A stretch of 63,791 nt of DNA, the filler included, from Octopus bimaculoides (lineage: Eukaryota), in NCBI RefSeq assembly GCF_001194135.2. It is 8 parts of 8 records of this genome, joined end to end, with 100 filler letters (N's around TTAATTAATTAA, not from the genome) between each part and the next. Parts side by side here need not be neighbours in the genome. Positions count along the whole stretch, not along the records: positions 22,064 to 43,660 come from NC_068982.1; positions 43,761 to 49,062 come from NC_068999.1; positions 49,163 to 53,660 come from NW_026387212.1; 5 more parts are not named here. One strand, given 5' to 3'. Below are positions 39,039 through 51,380 of this stretch, one piece after another. The translations under genes were made by a program, and so were the position numbers. The stretch's first letter is position 1, and each line of letters begins with the position of its first letter. The notes beneath the pieces were generated by a model, which was not told the origin of the DNA, did no database searches, and worked only from the letters and a program-made list of their open reading frames with translations.

Positions 39039-41990
39039 TGTTGTAAGGCATGAAATAAAGTTGCTCTTACCTTGAGTTGCAATCTGCAACAATCTTTACC
39101 AGTATTAGATCACGGGTAAACCAGCCAGACCTCACAGTTGTAACCATGTGCAAGCTCTTCCAACCACTTGCCAGCAAGGACAACTACACTACAACCACTC
39201 CCAGCACATAACTTGACTTCGCCACAGACTCCGTAAGAAGCCTTTTGCTTACTGATGTGACATCATCTCATCCCCCTCTGGTCTCTTCATGACATCACTT
39301 TCTCTAAATGTCCCCCCCCNNNNNNNNNNNNNNNNNNCCACCCAATCTAAAGATCATTGCTCTTCTTTTCCGTTTCATAATTGTCCATCCACTTGGTGGG
39401 GTTGACGTTCCCTTTCATATCTCCATAGGGTTATGGGACCGGTCTCTCCCTTCCCTTCATCATCGGAAGAGCTGATCACCCTTCAAGTATCCAAGACATG
39501 ACACAGCATTCCATCCACTGATGCATTGTTCAGAGTACTGATTGCAGTCACCTTTCTTTTTTCCCACTGCATTGTGCACTGAGCATTTAGGGGTTTCACC
39601 CACACTTCATCTCTGACCTGTACAGTTGCAACTCCTTCCACCTCTGGCTGCTGTGACACCACATTTGGGTGTCTCCATTTGTACCAGAATATGGCCCTTT
39701 GTGGGACAGACCCTTTGGTTTGCCCTACCTTGGGCGACATGTACCAGAAGACTGCCTCTATGGGGAAGATTCATCCTCTCTCAGCCATGGCTTTGATTGT
39801 GCAATGGTGTTGTTCCACAATCCTGTTTCCACTGGGTCTGTATGCAACTCAGAAGAAGCGTCTTATGTTCCACTTTCCGAGCATCTCCTCAACTGTTCTG
39901 AGCGAAAAACTGTGCTATTGTCCATCAACAGTTCATCTACTACAGCCACCCCACCCCACCCCACTTTCTAAGAATACTGCATTCAGTACTTCTGTGATTT
40001 TGGCGGCAGTATAACCTGATCTCTCTCCATATAGCCATCTGCCCTGGCTCACAGTCGACCATCGAGAAGTATACCTTCCCTTGATAGTGCATCATGTCAA
40101 TGGCTAGCTTCTTCCAGTTTTTCTCTACCCGAATCTTTCTTGTTTCATGTTCACTCAGTGCAGGGTTGATGGATTGGCACCTGTTGCAGTTCCCCACTAC
40201 CTTCAGAATGCTCTCCCTGGTGACACTGGGGTCGATCATCCTGAGCAAAAAACAATGTCCTGTTGACACTCATGTGATGCATATTGTGCAGCCTCTTCAG
40301 TTCTGGATCCTCCAGCTGACAAAGCACAGCTACTCCACTCAGAACATCCGCTGCTGTTTCCAACCATTGCTTTTTTACTCTAGTTAGAGCACCCACCTCC
40401 ATGCAACTCATGAAAACTACATGCAACTCAGCAGCTAGCTCCCTCAGAATATCCAGGTGATGCTTAATCACTATTTCCTTGGCCCCTTTCAAGTGAATCC
40501 TCTTCTTTTTGGTGATCACCAATGCCAACCACCCCTAAAACATGGCAGAATCAGTTTGAACTTCAACAGCTTGTATCCCCATCTCAGTGCTAGGTTAATG
40601 CCCTTTAATACAGCGTCCAGTTCAGCTACATTGATGTGGTTGTTGTCATCCTTTTTCCTAAGCCATGCCACAGCTTCCAACTCAATAACTCCTATTTCCA
40701 GAGTGACTCCCAATGTTATATTGATTGTGTCATACCACATGATCCCTTTTTTGTATCAGGCACATACCAGCTGCCCTTCACTGAGTCTTTCTCTTGCACT
40801 CTCTCCAAGATATCTCGCATCATTGCAATTGTCTTCTTTCCTACTTTATCACCTCAGTTCACTCCCTCTGTTTGCCTTTTGATATAGGAGTGATCCTGTA
40901 ATAGGTTAGTGATCCTTTTGGAGTGATCCTGTAATAGGTTAGTGATCCTGTAATAGGTTAGTGATCCACCAGCTTCCCACACATTGAGAATAGTGCTCAC
41001 CTATTCATATCCTCATTTAGGTCTGGGATCTCATTTCCTTTGTGAAACACAAGCTTACCCATTTTATATCTTTTGAGCCTGAACCCCAGCACTGTACCTC
41101 TTTCTATAACCTCTGTTTTTTTTTTGCTGTCAATCCAAACTGATTAAGATGATTCACAATTTCCCCCGCCAATGCCACACTCTCATCTACCAGGATGTCA
41201 TCAATATATGAATTGGTAGCCTGCTCCACTTTGGCCACTTTTTCCAAAACCGCCTTGAGGACCTTTATCGTGATACTTGGTGCTGAACTCAGACCAAAAC
41301 CCAGTCAAGTTAGGCAGTATGTTCTGCCCCTATACTTCACTAGATGGTACCTCCACAACTTCACTGACACGTGGAGCTGCAGACAAGCTGACTTGAGGTT
41401 CACAATCACAGTCGCTGCCCTCACTCACCTCCACTCCTGTTGGATTTCCCCACACATATCCACTGCCTCACCACCAATATGATAAAACATGTGCTCATCA
41501 ATTCCCTGAAGTCCAGCACTGGTCGAACTTTATTCTTTGTTGGCTGAACTATAGCCATCAACAGCAGCACACTGCCTCTTCTCCCCATGGTATTAAAATG
41601 CCCTCCTTTATCCATCTGTTCACCTCTCTCTTGAACCCAAACCTAACTTCTCCTTTCAGGGTGTACTCATAACAACTCACCCTGCTTCTCAGTACTCCAC
41701 AGTTCATCTTTCGCCAAATTCAGCATGGAAGCTCTCATCTTCAATTGTGCCTATGATATCCCCACTTTCTGCCTATGGTACCTCCACTCTCTGGTCACAA
41801 AAGCCAGCTTCACTATCCACTCCATCGCTGCTCCAGTAAACCCTGCTAAGCCTGCCAACTTTCTAATCTTGCTCACATATTGTCTTCCATCCAATCCCTT
41901 CCCGTCCTTTCATGATGTCACTACCCCCACTTCCAGTCACTCATCCTTCCTCCACAGTGTGTGCATGTGTCTTTGTATTCTCCATTATGC
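39039..41990 (-). mobile_element. Gypsy LTR retrotransposon remnant: RT, RNase H, integrase and 3' LTR (39039 to about 39330)
   Basis: VRPVLDFREL, RLGFG-SSAP, YIDD (41197-41208), LGVTLEIG...HINVAEL, integrase CNRCQSI...WKKLAID, VWVKP; purine tract before the LTR, which ends CTTACAACA. Confidence 0.9.
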
Positions 41991-42000
41991 TTTATTTATA

Positions 42001-42160
42001 TCCCTGTAAGTTTGCAGTTCAACAAAAAAAGAATGATAGAATAAGTGCCAGACTTTAAAAGTAAGTACTGGAGTTGATTTGTTCGACTAAATCCTTCAAG
42101 GAGGTGTCTAACATTACTGCAGTCCAATGATTGAAATAAGTATAAAATAAAAGTAAATAA
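42001..42160 (+). mobile_element. SINE family A tail fragment
   Basis: GATAGAATAAGTGCCAG...AAGTACTGGAGTTGATTTGTTCGACTAAA. Confidence 0.7.
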
Positions 42161-42484
42161 AAAGTTGACTATGCCAACCTTGACCTCTGGTACTGAATGG
42201 AAGAGAATATTTGGTGATGACCAAATATGTTACACATGGTGAATTGTCTGATTTACAAATTGAACCCCTGAATGTTTGCAACAATTGTAAGTTAGACCTT
42301 TGGTGTTGTGTTTATAAAATATACATTAAAACAGTGAATTAAGTAATTTTAATTAATTTTAGTAGCCACCACATGTAAACAATGCTTATGAAAAACTATA
42401 AAACGATAACCAAATCAGTTTAATTAGCCTTTATGTGTTATGTTTGTAAAATATAGAGCCATGTTAATTCATTTTAGCAGTCAC

Positions 42485-42875
42485 CTCCTGTAACAATATT
42501 AATAATTAAATACTGTGTATCGGCTGCTAGCACGCATCCATTCCCTATGTCACTTCCGTTTTAAACTGGAGGTAAAGGACGGATTTCATTACGTTCGTGT
42601 TCTACAAGTTTACCAACTAAATGTTTCAAGAACAGATAAGAGGGAAAGATAATAGATAACTGGGACGTGAGAGAACGACTAAAGTTGGAAATCAGATAAC
42701 GATACATTAAAAACACAAACTATAGTGGATGAATGAATTATCTCTCATAAAAAGCACATTACATTCTATTGTGTAGCGGGATATTAAGAACACCCATTCG
42801 AAGATTATTTTGCTTGAATAAATATATTGAGATAAAGATATCACTGTTAAAATTTACTAAATAGCATTTTCACAG
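42485..42875. promoter_or_regulatory. Probable bidirectional promoter / 5' non-coding exon region
   Basis: ETS-type CACTTCCG at 42551-42558; CpG density rises here; plus-strand donor GAG|GTAAAG at 42572 and acceptor ttttcacag at 42875 before the ATG exon; minus-strand donor GAG|GTGACT at 42484. Confidence 0.4.
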
Positions 42876-42916
42876 TATTTAGTCATACTGTTTAATAACT
42901 GTTAAGTTTCTTCGTG

Positions 42917-42969
42917 ATGGCTTCTGAAAAGACACAGCTTAAAGAAGAGAAGGTCGCTATTATAGGGAG
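42917..42969 (+). CDS. CRYL1: First coding exon of an NAD(P)-binding Rossmann-fold enzyme, most like lambda-crystallin homolog / L-gulonate 3-dehydrogenase
   Basis: ATG at 42917 reads MASEKTQLKEEKVAIIG + AG, then a perfect GTAAGT donor (42970-42975). EKVAIIGS matches the beta1-GxGxxG start of CRYL1 as I recall it (Drosophila EKVGIVGSGLIG), and I recall a phase-2 intron after G-S in human CRYL1. Exon 2 was not found in the window (gap or downstream), so the gene name rests on 17 codons. Confidence 0.55.
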
Positions 42970-43568
42970 GTAAGTACATGCATTAAAATAATCTCATTAA
43001 CATCTTTACTATCAATATGAACATTTCTTCTTTACGTACCCTAAAATTGCGGATTCAAATGATAAAATGTTGCCGGATAACAACATTACCATTTAGTTAC
43101 TTTCCTTTACATTGGGGATGAGGAATCTTTTTGGTTCGAGTGATAAATTTTAAAGGTACGAGCAATATGACTAATGCAGAATCACACCAGCACCCCCGAG
43201 CAACTTATGCTATATGATTTCACGAGATGAGTGTCGCTTATTTTATACGTAAGGACTGGAAGAAGAAAGTATTTATGGAAATTGACGATTTGGCAGTATT
43301 ATGATATAAGTACGTGCTAAAACCCCTCATAACTATTTTATTTTTACTAATTTACGCATATTGGCAAGAGTAAAGAATACGTACACCTGATGGTTAGGGT
43401 TTTTGCACGCCGAAAACTGGTTGTGTACGTATTCTTTACCTCCGCCCGCATATTTACGCAATTTTGATTTTGAAGTCTTTAAAAAATTAGTTGGGAAGTA
43501 TAAAGAGAAACAAGGTACTACTAAAGCAGCGCGGACACAAACGCGCAGTCGCGCGTCCTCGCTAGCTA

Positions 43569-43660
43569 GTCGTGAGTGGTCGATCCTAACCCTAACCCTA
43601 AACACGTATTCATTTGCACACGCGGGTTAGGGTTAAGGGTTAGGATCGACCACTCAAGAC
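43569..43660. repeat. Inverted repeat containing telomeric hexamers
   Basis: GTCGTGAGTGGTCGATCCTAACCCTAACCCTAAAC ... GGTTAGGGTTAAGGGTTAGGATCGACCACTCAAGAC, ending at a gap. Confidence 0.85.
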
Positions 43661-43760
43661 NNNNNNNNNNNNNNNNNNNNNNNNNNNNNNNNNNNNNNNN
43701 NNNNTTAATTAATTAANNNNNNNNNNNNNNNNNNNNNNNNNNNNNNNNNNNNNNNNNNNN

Positions 43761-43763
43761 ATC

Positions 43764-43795
<32 letters not shown>

Positions 43796-43909
43796 CATCG
43801 TCATCATCATCATCGTCATCATCATCATCATCACCATCATCATCATCATCCTCCTCCTCATCATCATCTTCCTCCTCCTCCTCCTCATCATCATCATCAT
43901 CATCATCAG

Positions 43910-43945
<36 letters not shown>
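43761..43945. repeat. (ATC)n microsatellite with CTC interruptions
   Basis: Visible directly. Confidence 0.97.
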
Positions 43946-43946
<1 letters not shown>

Positions 43947-44049
43947 TATTTATGACAGTTTAAACTTCCCTTTTTAAAATGTTCTACTGCAGAGGATCGC
44001 ATGCGTAAATATATAAAAAGCAGAAATAAGACAAAATACGAACGCTATA

Positions 44050-45269
44050 CGCGCCCTTTATATAAGTGTAAATATGCGTATGTGCGTGTGTGTGTGTGTG
44101 TGTGTGTGTCTGTGTGTGCGTATGCATGCATGCAAGAATGTGTGTGTATACATGCATGCATTTATCTGTATGTATGTATATATGTATATATGTATATATG
44201 TATTCCTCACCGCGAGGAGAGTGAATAACTGTGGCAATTTTAGAGCTAATATGTATATGCGAATGTATGTACATATGAATGCATGTGGATCTATGTGTAT
44301 GTATATCTGTGTGTATGTATGTGTGTATGTATGTATGTATCTATGTATGTATGTATGTATATAAGTGAATATGCATCAATGTGTGTATATATGTATGAAT
44401 ATATGTATGTATGTGCGTGTCTGTGTGTATGTATCTATATGTATGTATACATGTATGTATATGTGTATTATGTGTCTGTGTGTATGTATGTATGTACTTA
44501 TGTATGGTTGTATATATGCATGCATGCATGCAAAAATGTTTGTATGTATGGTTGTATGTTTGTATNNNNNNNNNNNNNNNNNNNNNNNNNNNNNNNNNNN
44601 NNNNNNNNNNNNNNNNNNNNNNNNNNNNNNNNNNNNNNNNNNNNNNNNNNNNNNNNNNNNNNNNNNNNNNNNNNNNNNNNNNNNNNNNNNNNNNNNNNNN
44701 NNNNNNNNNNNNNNNNNNNNNNNNNNNNNNNNNNNNNNNNNNNNNNNNNNNNNNNNNNNNNNNNNNNNNNNNNNNNNNNNNNNNNNNNNNNNNNNNNNNN
44801 NNNNNNNNNNNNNNNNNNNNNNNNNNNNNNNNNNNNNNNNNNNNNNNNNNNNNNNNNNNNNNNNNNNNNNNNNNNNNNNNNNNNNNNNNNNNNNNNNNNN
44901 NNNNNNNNNNNNNNNNNNNNNNNNNNNNNNNNNNNNNNNNNNNNNNNNNNNNNNNNNNNNNNNNNNNNNNNNNNNNNNNNNNNNNNNNNNNNNNNNNNNN
45001 NNNNNNNNNNNNNNNNNNNNNNNNNNNNNNNNNNNNNNNNNNNNNNNNNNNNNNNNNNNNNNNNNNNNNNNNNNNNNNNNNNNNNNNNNNNNNNNNNNNN
45101 NNNNNNNNNNNNNNNNNNNNNNNNNNNNNNNNNNNNNNNNNNNNNNNNNNNNNNNNNNNNNNNNNNNNNNNNNNNNNNNNNNNNNNNNNNNNNNNNNNNN
45201 NNNNNNNNNNNNNNNNNNNNNNNNNNNNNNNNNNNNNNNNNNNNNNNNNNNNNNNNNNNNNNNNNNNNN

Positions 45270-45310
<41 letters not shown>

Positions 45311-45790
45311 CATACACATAAACGTGCATATACATATATATGCATACATACACATATATATATATACACATGCATATACGTGCATATACATGTATACACG
45401 TATACATATATATACATATATATGCGCCTATATAAATAGATATACATGTATATATGTATATATATACGTATATAAACACTTACACATACACACATACATA
45501 CATACATACATACATACACACACGCATACACCTTTTTTATTGGCATTTTTGGATGAATAGTGGATCTTCCTTCATAATCGCGGTAGGATGAGTATATCCA
45601 AAAGTGTATGTATGTCTGCATGCATGTATCTGTGTGTATGTATGTATGTATGTATGTATCTGTGTGTATGTATGTATTATTATGTATGCATGTATATGTG
45701 TGTATGTATGTATATATGTATTTACGTGTGTATCTGTGTGTATGTACGTATGCATAAAATATCTGATTGATATATGTATAATTGTGAATG
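44050..45790. repeat. Compound (TG)/(TATG)/(TA)/(CATA) microsatellite field
   Basis: Visible directly; includes a gap. Confidence 0.95.
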
Positions 45791-46099
45791 CTTATGTGAG
45801 TGTGTCAAAATTTTACTGTGGTTCTTTGTATTTTTTTAATATTCCTATTTAACACACGAAATACACTTTTAATATACGTTTCGCTGCTCCTTTAATTCTT
45901 TTCTTTCTATTCTTGAAGCAAACCTCTTGTCAATAACCAATATAAAAAGAATTTATTTTGTTAGAAAGCTCACAATAAATATAAGGTGTTCACAAAATAT
46001 GGCTGCAGCTAAAACCAAAAGACAAACGGTTTAAAAGAAGCAGAATGAAAATAAACGCTTGAACTAGTATAATAATAAAAGTAATCCTCTTTTTTTATA

Positions 46100-46455
46100 G
46101 TTGCAAGGTCGGAACTTTTACTCAACTGGTATTTATTTCATCGACTCCGAAAAGATGAAAGGCAAAAATCGACCCTGGCGTAATTTGAACACTGCACGCA
46201 CTGGAATGACATAACTGAATGAATGCAACCGTAGGCATCCCTGACAAGGATGCCTACACTTGCATTCATCCGTTCGGGGGTCGATAAAACAGAGTACCAA
46301 TCAAGTAAAGGATAGATATAGTCGTCTAATGTCTCCCGCTAAAATTATTGGATGTGTATCAAATTTATTTGAAACTGCTGTTAAGGCAGCGAGCTGGCAG
46401 AATTGTTAGCGCTATATCGTCCGGGTTTAAGCATTTTGTCCGTTGTGCTAATGAC
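46100..46455. mobile_element. Cluster of SINE family B fragments in both orientations
   Basis: Minus-strand piece about 46100-46195, plus-strand core 46262-46380, plus-strand head GAGCTGGCAGAA at 46392. Confidence 0.7.
46219..46269. other. 22-bp hairpin with 7-nt loop
   Basis: ATGAATGCAACCGTAGGCATCC-CTGACAA-GGATGCCTACACTTGCATTCAT; 20 of 22 positions complementary. Confidence 0.8.
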
Positions 46456-46699
46456 TCTACCAGCTAGCCGTCTTTATGTCAATGGGTGTAATGAGATTAT
46501 AAAGCAAGCTTTTGCAACCTGTGGTGAAAGGAGATGTCTGCGGCCCATTCTCACGCTTTGTATGGCTCACGTAAAGCCATAATTATACTGTGGGTGTTTG
46601 TTATAGAAGTGTTTGAGACAGGAGTGTTGGTGATGGAAGTGTTGGTGATTGGGGTGTTGGTGAAAGAGTTGGGCGGGAGGGGGATGAAGGTTGGATTTC

Positions 46700-46877
46700 C
46701 ATTATTCAATCCCACGGGTTTCTTCACAGTTTCCACCTACCTAATCCCCTCACAAGGCATTAGTCGGTCCGGTGCTATATAGTAGAAGAAACTTGCCCAA
46801 AATGTCCCGCCATGGAACTGAACCCAAAACCACAAAACTACAAAACAAGCTTGTTCACTTCACGGCCATGCCTGCGC
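46700..46877 (-). mobile_element. SINE family A, diverged head
   Basis: CACAAGGC...TAGTAGAAGAAACTTGCCCAA...GGCCATGCCTGCGC. Confidence 0.75.
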
Positions 46878-47764
46878 ATATTATACATGAACTTTATAAT
46901 CATAACAATATTCTTTTCTCACCGCCATTGTGTTGCTCGTTACTATTTTTACGCACTCGAATATCTTACTTTATACATTTTAATAAAACGTTTACTCAAC
47001 AAGTAATACAACGCGAATAAAACACTCCAAAGTCCTATCAGCAATCATCAAACAAAAAGACAGTCAGCCAATATAAAACCACAATTCAATATACCAATGC
47101 CTACGGCATCTTTTATAATAATGCGTATATTCAATTTTTTTTTTTTTTTTTTTTTTGTAAATCCTTGTATAATGCTAAAGACGTGTAGCTGAAACATTGA
47201 CAGACGTACCGACATGTTGACTTATATTGCGACTGTTTGAAATATTAACGTTTCTATTCTTATAAACCACAAACGCATTAATCATAAAGAAGCACAGTGA
47301 AAACTTCATATGTCGTTATATGTATGTGTGTATACATACATACATACATATATACATACATACATATATGTATATGTATATGTATGTATGTATGTATATA
47401 TGTATGATATACATCAATTGCCTTCGTCAAGTCTGACCTTCCGCGAGGTTTCTTCGAATAGTTTGACTGATTAAACAAACCTCGTTGCAGGCTTTTGCAT
47501 AATAAGGTTGACTCTACATCCTGTATTGAAACCTGTCATAAGTAAATGTTTGTTGTGATTAATTCATTTAGGGGCAAACTTCACGTTAATAACATTGATA
47601 CCTCCCTTCTCTCACTTTGTGAGCGTGTGTGTATACATATACACATATATGCATACTCCTACACACACATACACATATACACACATACACACAAATATAT
47701 TTATCAATCACCCTTCCTCTGTCCCCTCCCTTTATATATATCTGTGTGTGTGCATGTATGTCTG

Positions 47765-47803
<39 letters not shown>

Positions 47804-47813
47804 NNNNNNNNNN

Positions 47814-47858
<45 letters not shown>

Positions 47859-48249
47859 GCACATATACATGCACATGCTTACATACAAATGCACACGCGT
47901 ACGTATTATCTCATTTGCTGTTCAGATATCAAGAGGAATAAGTTTCGATCTTCGCCACAGACTTTCCTTGCTATTTTCAGAAGCCAATATGACGTTATGG
48001 TTAAGTCCGTCTCCCTGGAGCTGGATAGTTATACAAACCAATCTTGGAAGATTAACCCTTACACTTTGCATAATCTTACATTTTGGACAGACCAGACTGC
48101 GAAACCTAGCAACACCAGCAGCAGCTACAATTTACTTTGTGAACAAAGAAGTTAAATAAGTTACTAAACTGCCAACATGTGGCAATACATGTTGACTGTC
48201 ATAATGTGTTGGGGCAGCAATAGCGTAACATGAAGTATTTGTAGATGTT

Positions 48250-48315
48250 ATAAAGAATTCAGCACATTAATATACAGAGATATATATATATAGCTGTTTC
48301 AGTTTGAATTTTGCT

Positions 48316-48349
<34 letters not shown>

Positions 48350-48352
48350 TAC

Positions 48353-48400
<48 letters not shown>

Positions 48401-48421
48401 TAACTTATTATATATATATTC

Positions 48422-48466
<45 letters not shown>

Positions 48467-48527
48467 CAAATATATATATATATATACACACATATATATA
48501 TACAGAGAGAGAGGGAGAGATAGTTAC

Positions 48528-48574
<47 letters not shown>

Positions 48575-48585
48575 GGCAGACAGAC

Positions 48586-48642
<57 letters not shown>
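48250..48642. repeat. (TA)/(CA)/(TG), then (GACA)n(GATA)n
   Basis: Visible directly. Confidence 0.95.
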
Positions 48643-49324
48643 CCCTGTTTATTATTTACTAAACCTAACGCTGCTCTGAAAAGTTGTCAAGTTGAGATTA
48701 CATCCAAATCGTTTTGTTTTTATAAACAACGCGTATCTCCGTCATATCTTTTGCGTATATCGGGTTGAGAACCCCTGCCGTGTTGGATGCAATTGATACT
48801 TATAGTTTTCGGTAAGTTAATATTAGTGTCTTTTAGACTCATTTTGCTCTTGTTTTCGTTGTTGTTTTGTTTTTGTGGCTGATAAGAAAAGAAACATTAA
48901 TATATCTGGCTGTCCACAATGTAAATCAGCTCTTCCGACACGACTGATACTATTTTAGTCACGTGTCCTTAACACTATATCGGGATTTACTGAGATTGAA
49001 TATATTTTAGTGGTATAATAGACGCCATAGATATTTGTATATTTCAATTATAGCTTCATATTNNNNNNNNNNNNNNNNNNNNNNNNNNNNNNNNNNNNNN
49101 NNNNNNTTAATTAATTAANNNNNNNNNNNNNNNNNNNNNNNNNNNNNNNNNNNNNNNNNNNNTGCATATATATATATTTATATTTGTATATGTAAATATA
49201 TATATACGTATGTATATGCATATATATATATGCAAATTTATGAAAAAGCATATGTGCATACACACATACAGATATACATATATACACGCATATATACATA
49301 CCTAATTGCATACATATAGACAGT

Positions 49325-49325
49325 G

Positions 49326-49415
<90 letters not shown>

Positions 49416-49462
49416 TGTGTGCATGTATCTGATATATATGAATTTATACACGCACTCATTAT

Positions 49463-49510
<48 letters not shown>
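49325..49510. repeat. (GATA)n and (TG)n
   Basis: Visible directly. Confidence 0.95.
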
Positions 49511-49511
<1 letters not shown>

Positions 49512-50459
49512 ATGTGCGGAAAATATATGTATACATATAATGATGTTTGTAAATTTTATATATATATATATATATTGATAGACATATAAATTATATTACG
49601 TAAATAAATAATTCTAAATCTCTTCTATAATGACGCAGTATTAGGAACAGCTTATATATCGCTTATATGATATATCACAGATTACGATTAAATATATCAC
49701 GTTATTCAACGACACAAACTTCTCGAAGAAAATTATTCTGCAACTAGTAGTATTGCTTTCCTGATATTTCTCTAGGGTTAAATGAATGGGAAGATGATAT
49801 CCATTCTTTTATAGCTACTAAAATATTTTGCGTCATTTATTTCGACCAAAATCGGAGAGATCAAGAGCAAGTATCTACTCAGTGGATTTGGAAAAAAGAA
49901 ACTCAATACGTTTGTAAATATTAAAAAATAAAATAAATAATATATGTGTGAATATGTGCAAGAATATATGGGTGGATGGATGAATTGATAGACGGATGGA
50001 TGGATGGAGAGATGGATTGATGGATGGATGGATGGATGGATGGATAGACGCAAGGATGGATATATATGTATTATAATTAGATATAAATGTATATATACAC
50101 TAGCAAGAAGGAACGAATAGACAAAATATGTAGAATCACTTATCGCATGGAATTTATAATTCAAACTTACATGTAGATTTGTTACAATGGAGTTGCTGGA
50201 ATAAAAGGTATCATGTGAAGAAAGGAGTGAGAAATTCTTACACCCTTCTTTGTATGATACCTGTTATAAATTGCAAGCTCTAAAGTGATACTACATGTTT
50301 CGATTGTCCTTTTTTCTTTCTTATACATATATCTCTCCGCTCGTTATTAGGCATTTGCGACACCACTTTTATTATAGTCGCAGTTCCGATCAGAGTTTTA
50401 GTTTAAACCAGCTTGGCCTATTGCATTATGCCATTAGATGCAGCTTCATGTGTACTCTA

Positions 50460-50490
50460 TAAATAAATCTAATTATATATATATGTATAT

Positions 50491-50535
<45 letters not shown>

Positions 50536-50740
50536 TATATATAAATACACACATATATACATATGTATGTATGTAAGCATATGTATATATCTATACATTA
50601 ATATGTATATATGTATACATGTGTATATATATGCATGTCTATATATGATTGCATGTGTGTATATATATATATATATGTAGATATGTATATATATATACGA
50701 ATATATATATATATCTAAATATACACATATATACATATAC

Positions 50741-50812
<72 letters not shown>

Positions 50813-51289
50813 CATGTATATAGAACATGTATATAGTTAAATATATATATAAATATATATATATACATATATGTAAATACATATGTAAACATATATATGT
50901 AAATATATATATATAAATATATATATATACATATATGTAAATATATATATAAATTTATATATATATATAAATATATATACACATATATGTAAATATATTT
51001 ATATATATATATATACATATATGTAAATATATATATATAAATATATATACATATATGTAAATATATATATGTGTGTAAATAAATGTGTGTAAATATATAT
51101 AAATACATGCAAATATATATGTATATGTGTAAATAAATATATATGTAAAGATGTATATATATCTATGTACATATACATGTATAATATATAAAGACATATG
51201 TAAATATATATATGTAAATATATAAATATATGTAAATATATAAATATATGTAAATATATATATGTAAATATATAAATATATATATATAA

Positions 51290-51345
<56 letters not shown>

Positions 51346-51380
51346 ATATCTACATATCTGCGTGTAAATATATATATATT
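50460..51380. repeat. Long degenerate (TA)n field ending in (TG)n
   Basis: Visible directly. Confidence 0.95.

Noticed and set aside
40889-40967. CRISPR-like array
   Set aside because: Units are directly adjacent with no unique spacers, in eukaryotic DNA without cas genes.
43585-43645. Telomere-fusion scar or G-quadruplex
   Set aside because: Repeat orientation is opposite to a fusion, and there are only three GGG runs plus GG.
43709-43945. Poly-Met / poly-His ORF
   Set aside because: Translation of an (ATC)n microsatellite.
44283-45621. Long ORFs rich in YI/CV/HT or poly-X (also at 3.8, 8.6, 24.7, 34, 50.5, 52, 54.4, 56 and 63.3 kb)
   Set aside because: Translations of microsatellites or N gaps.
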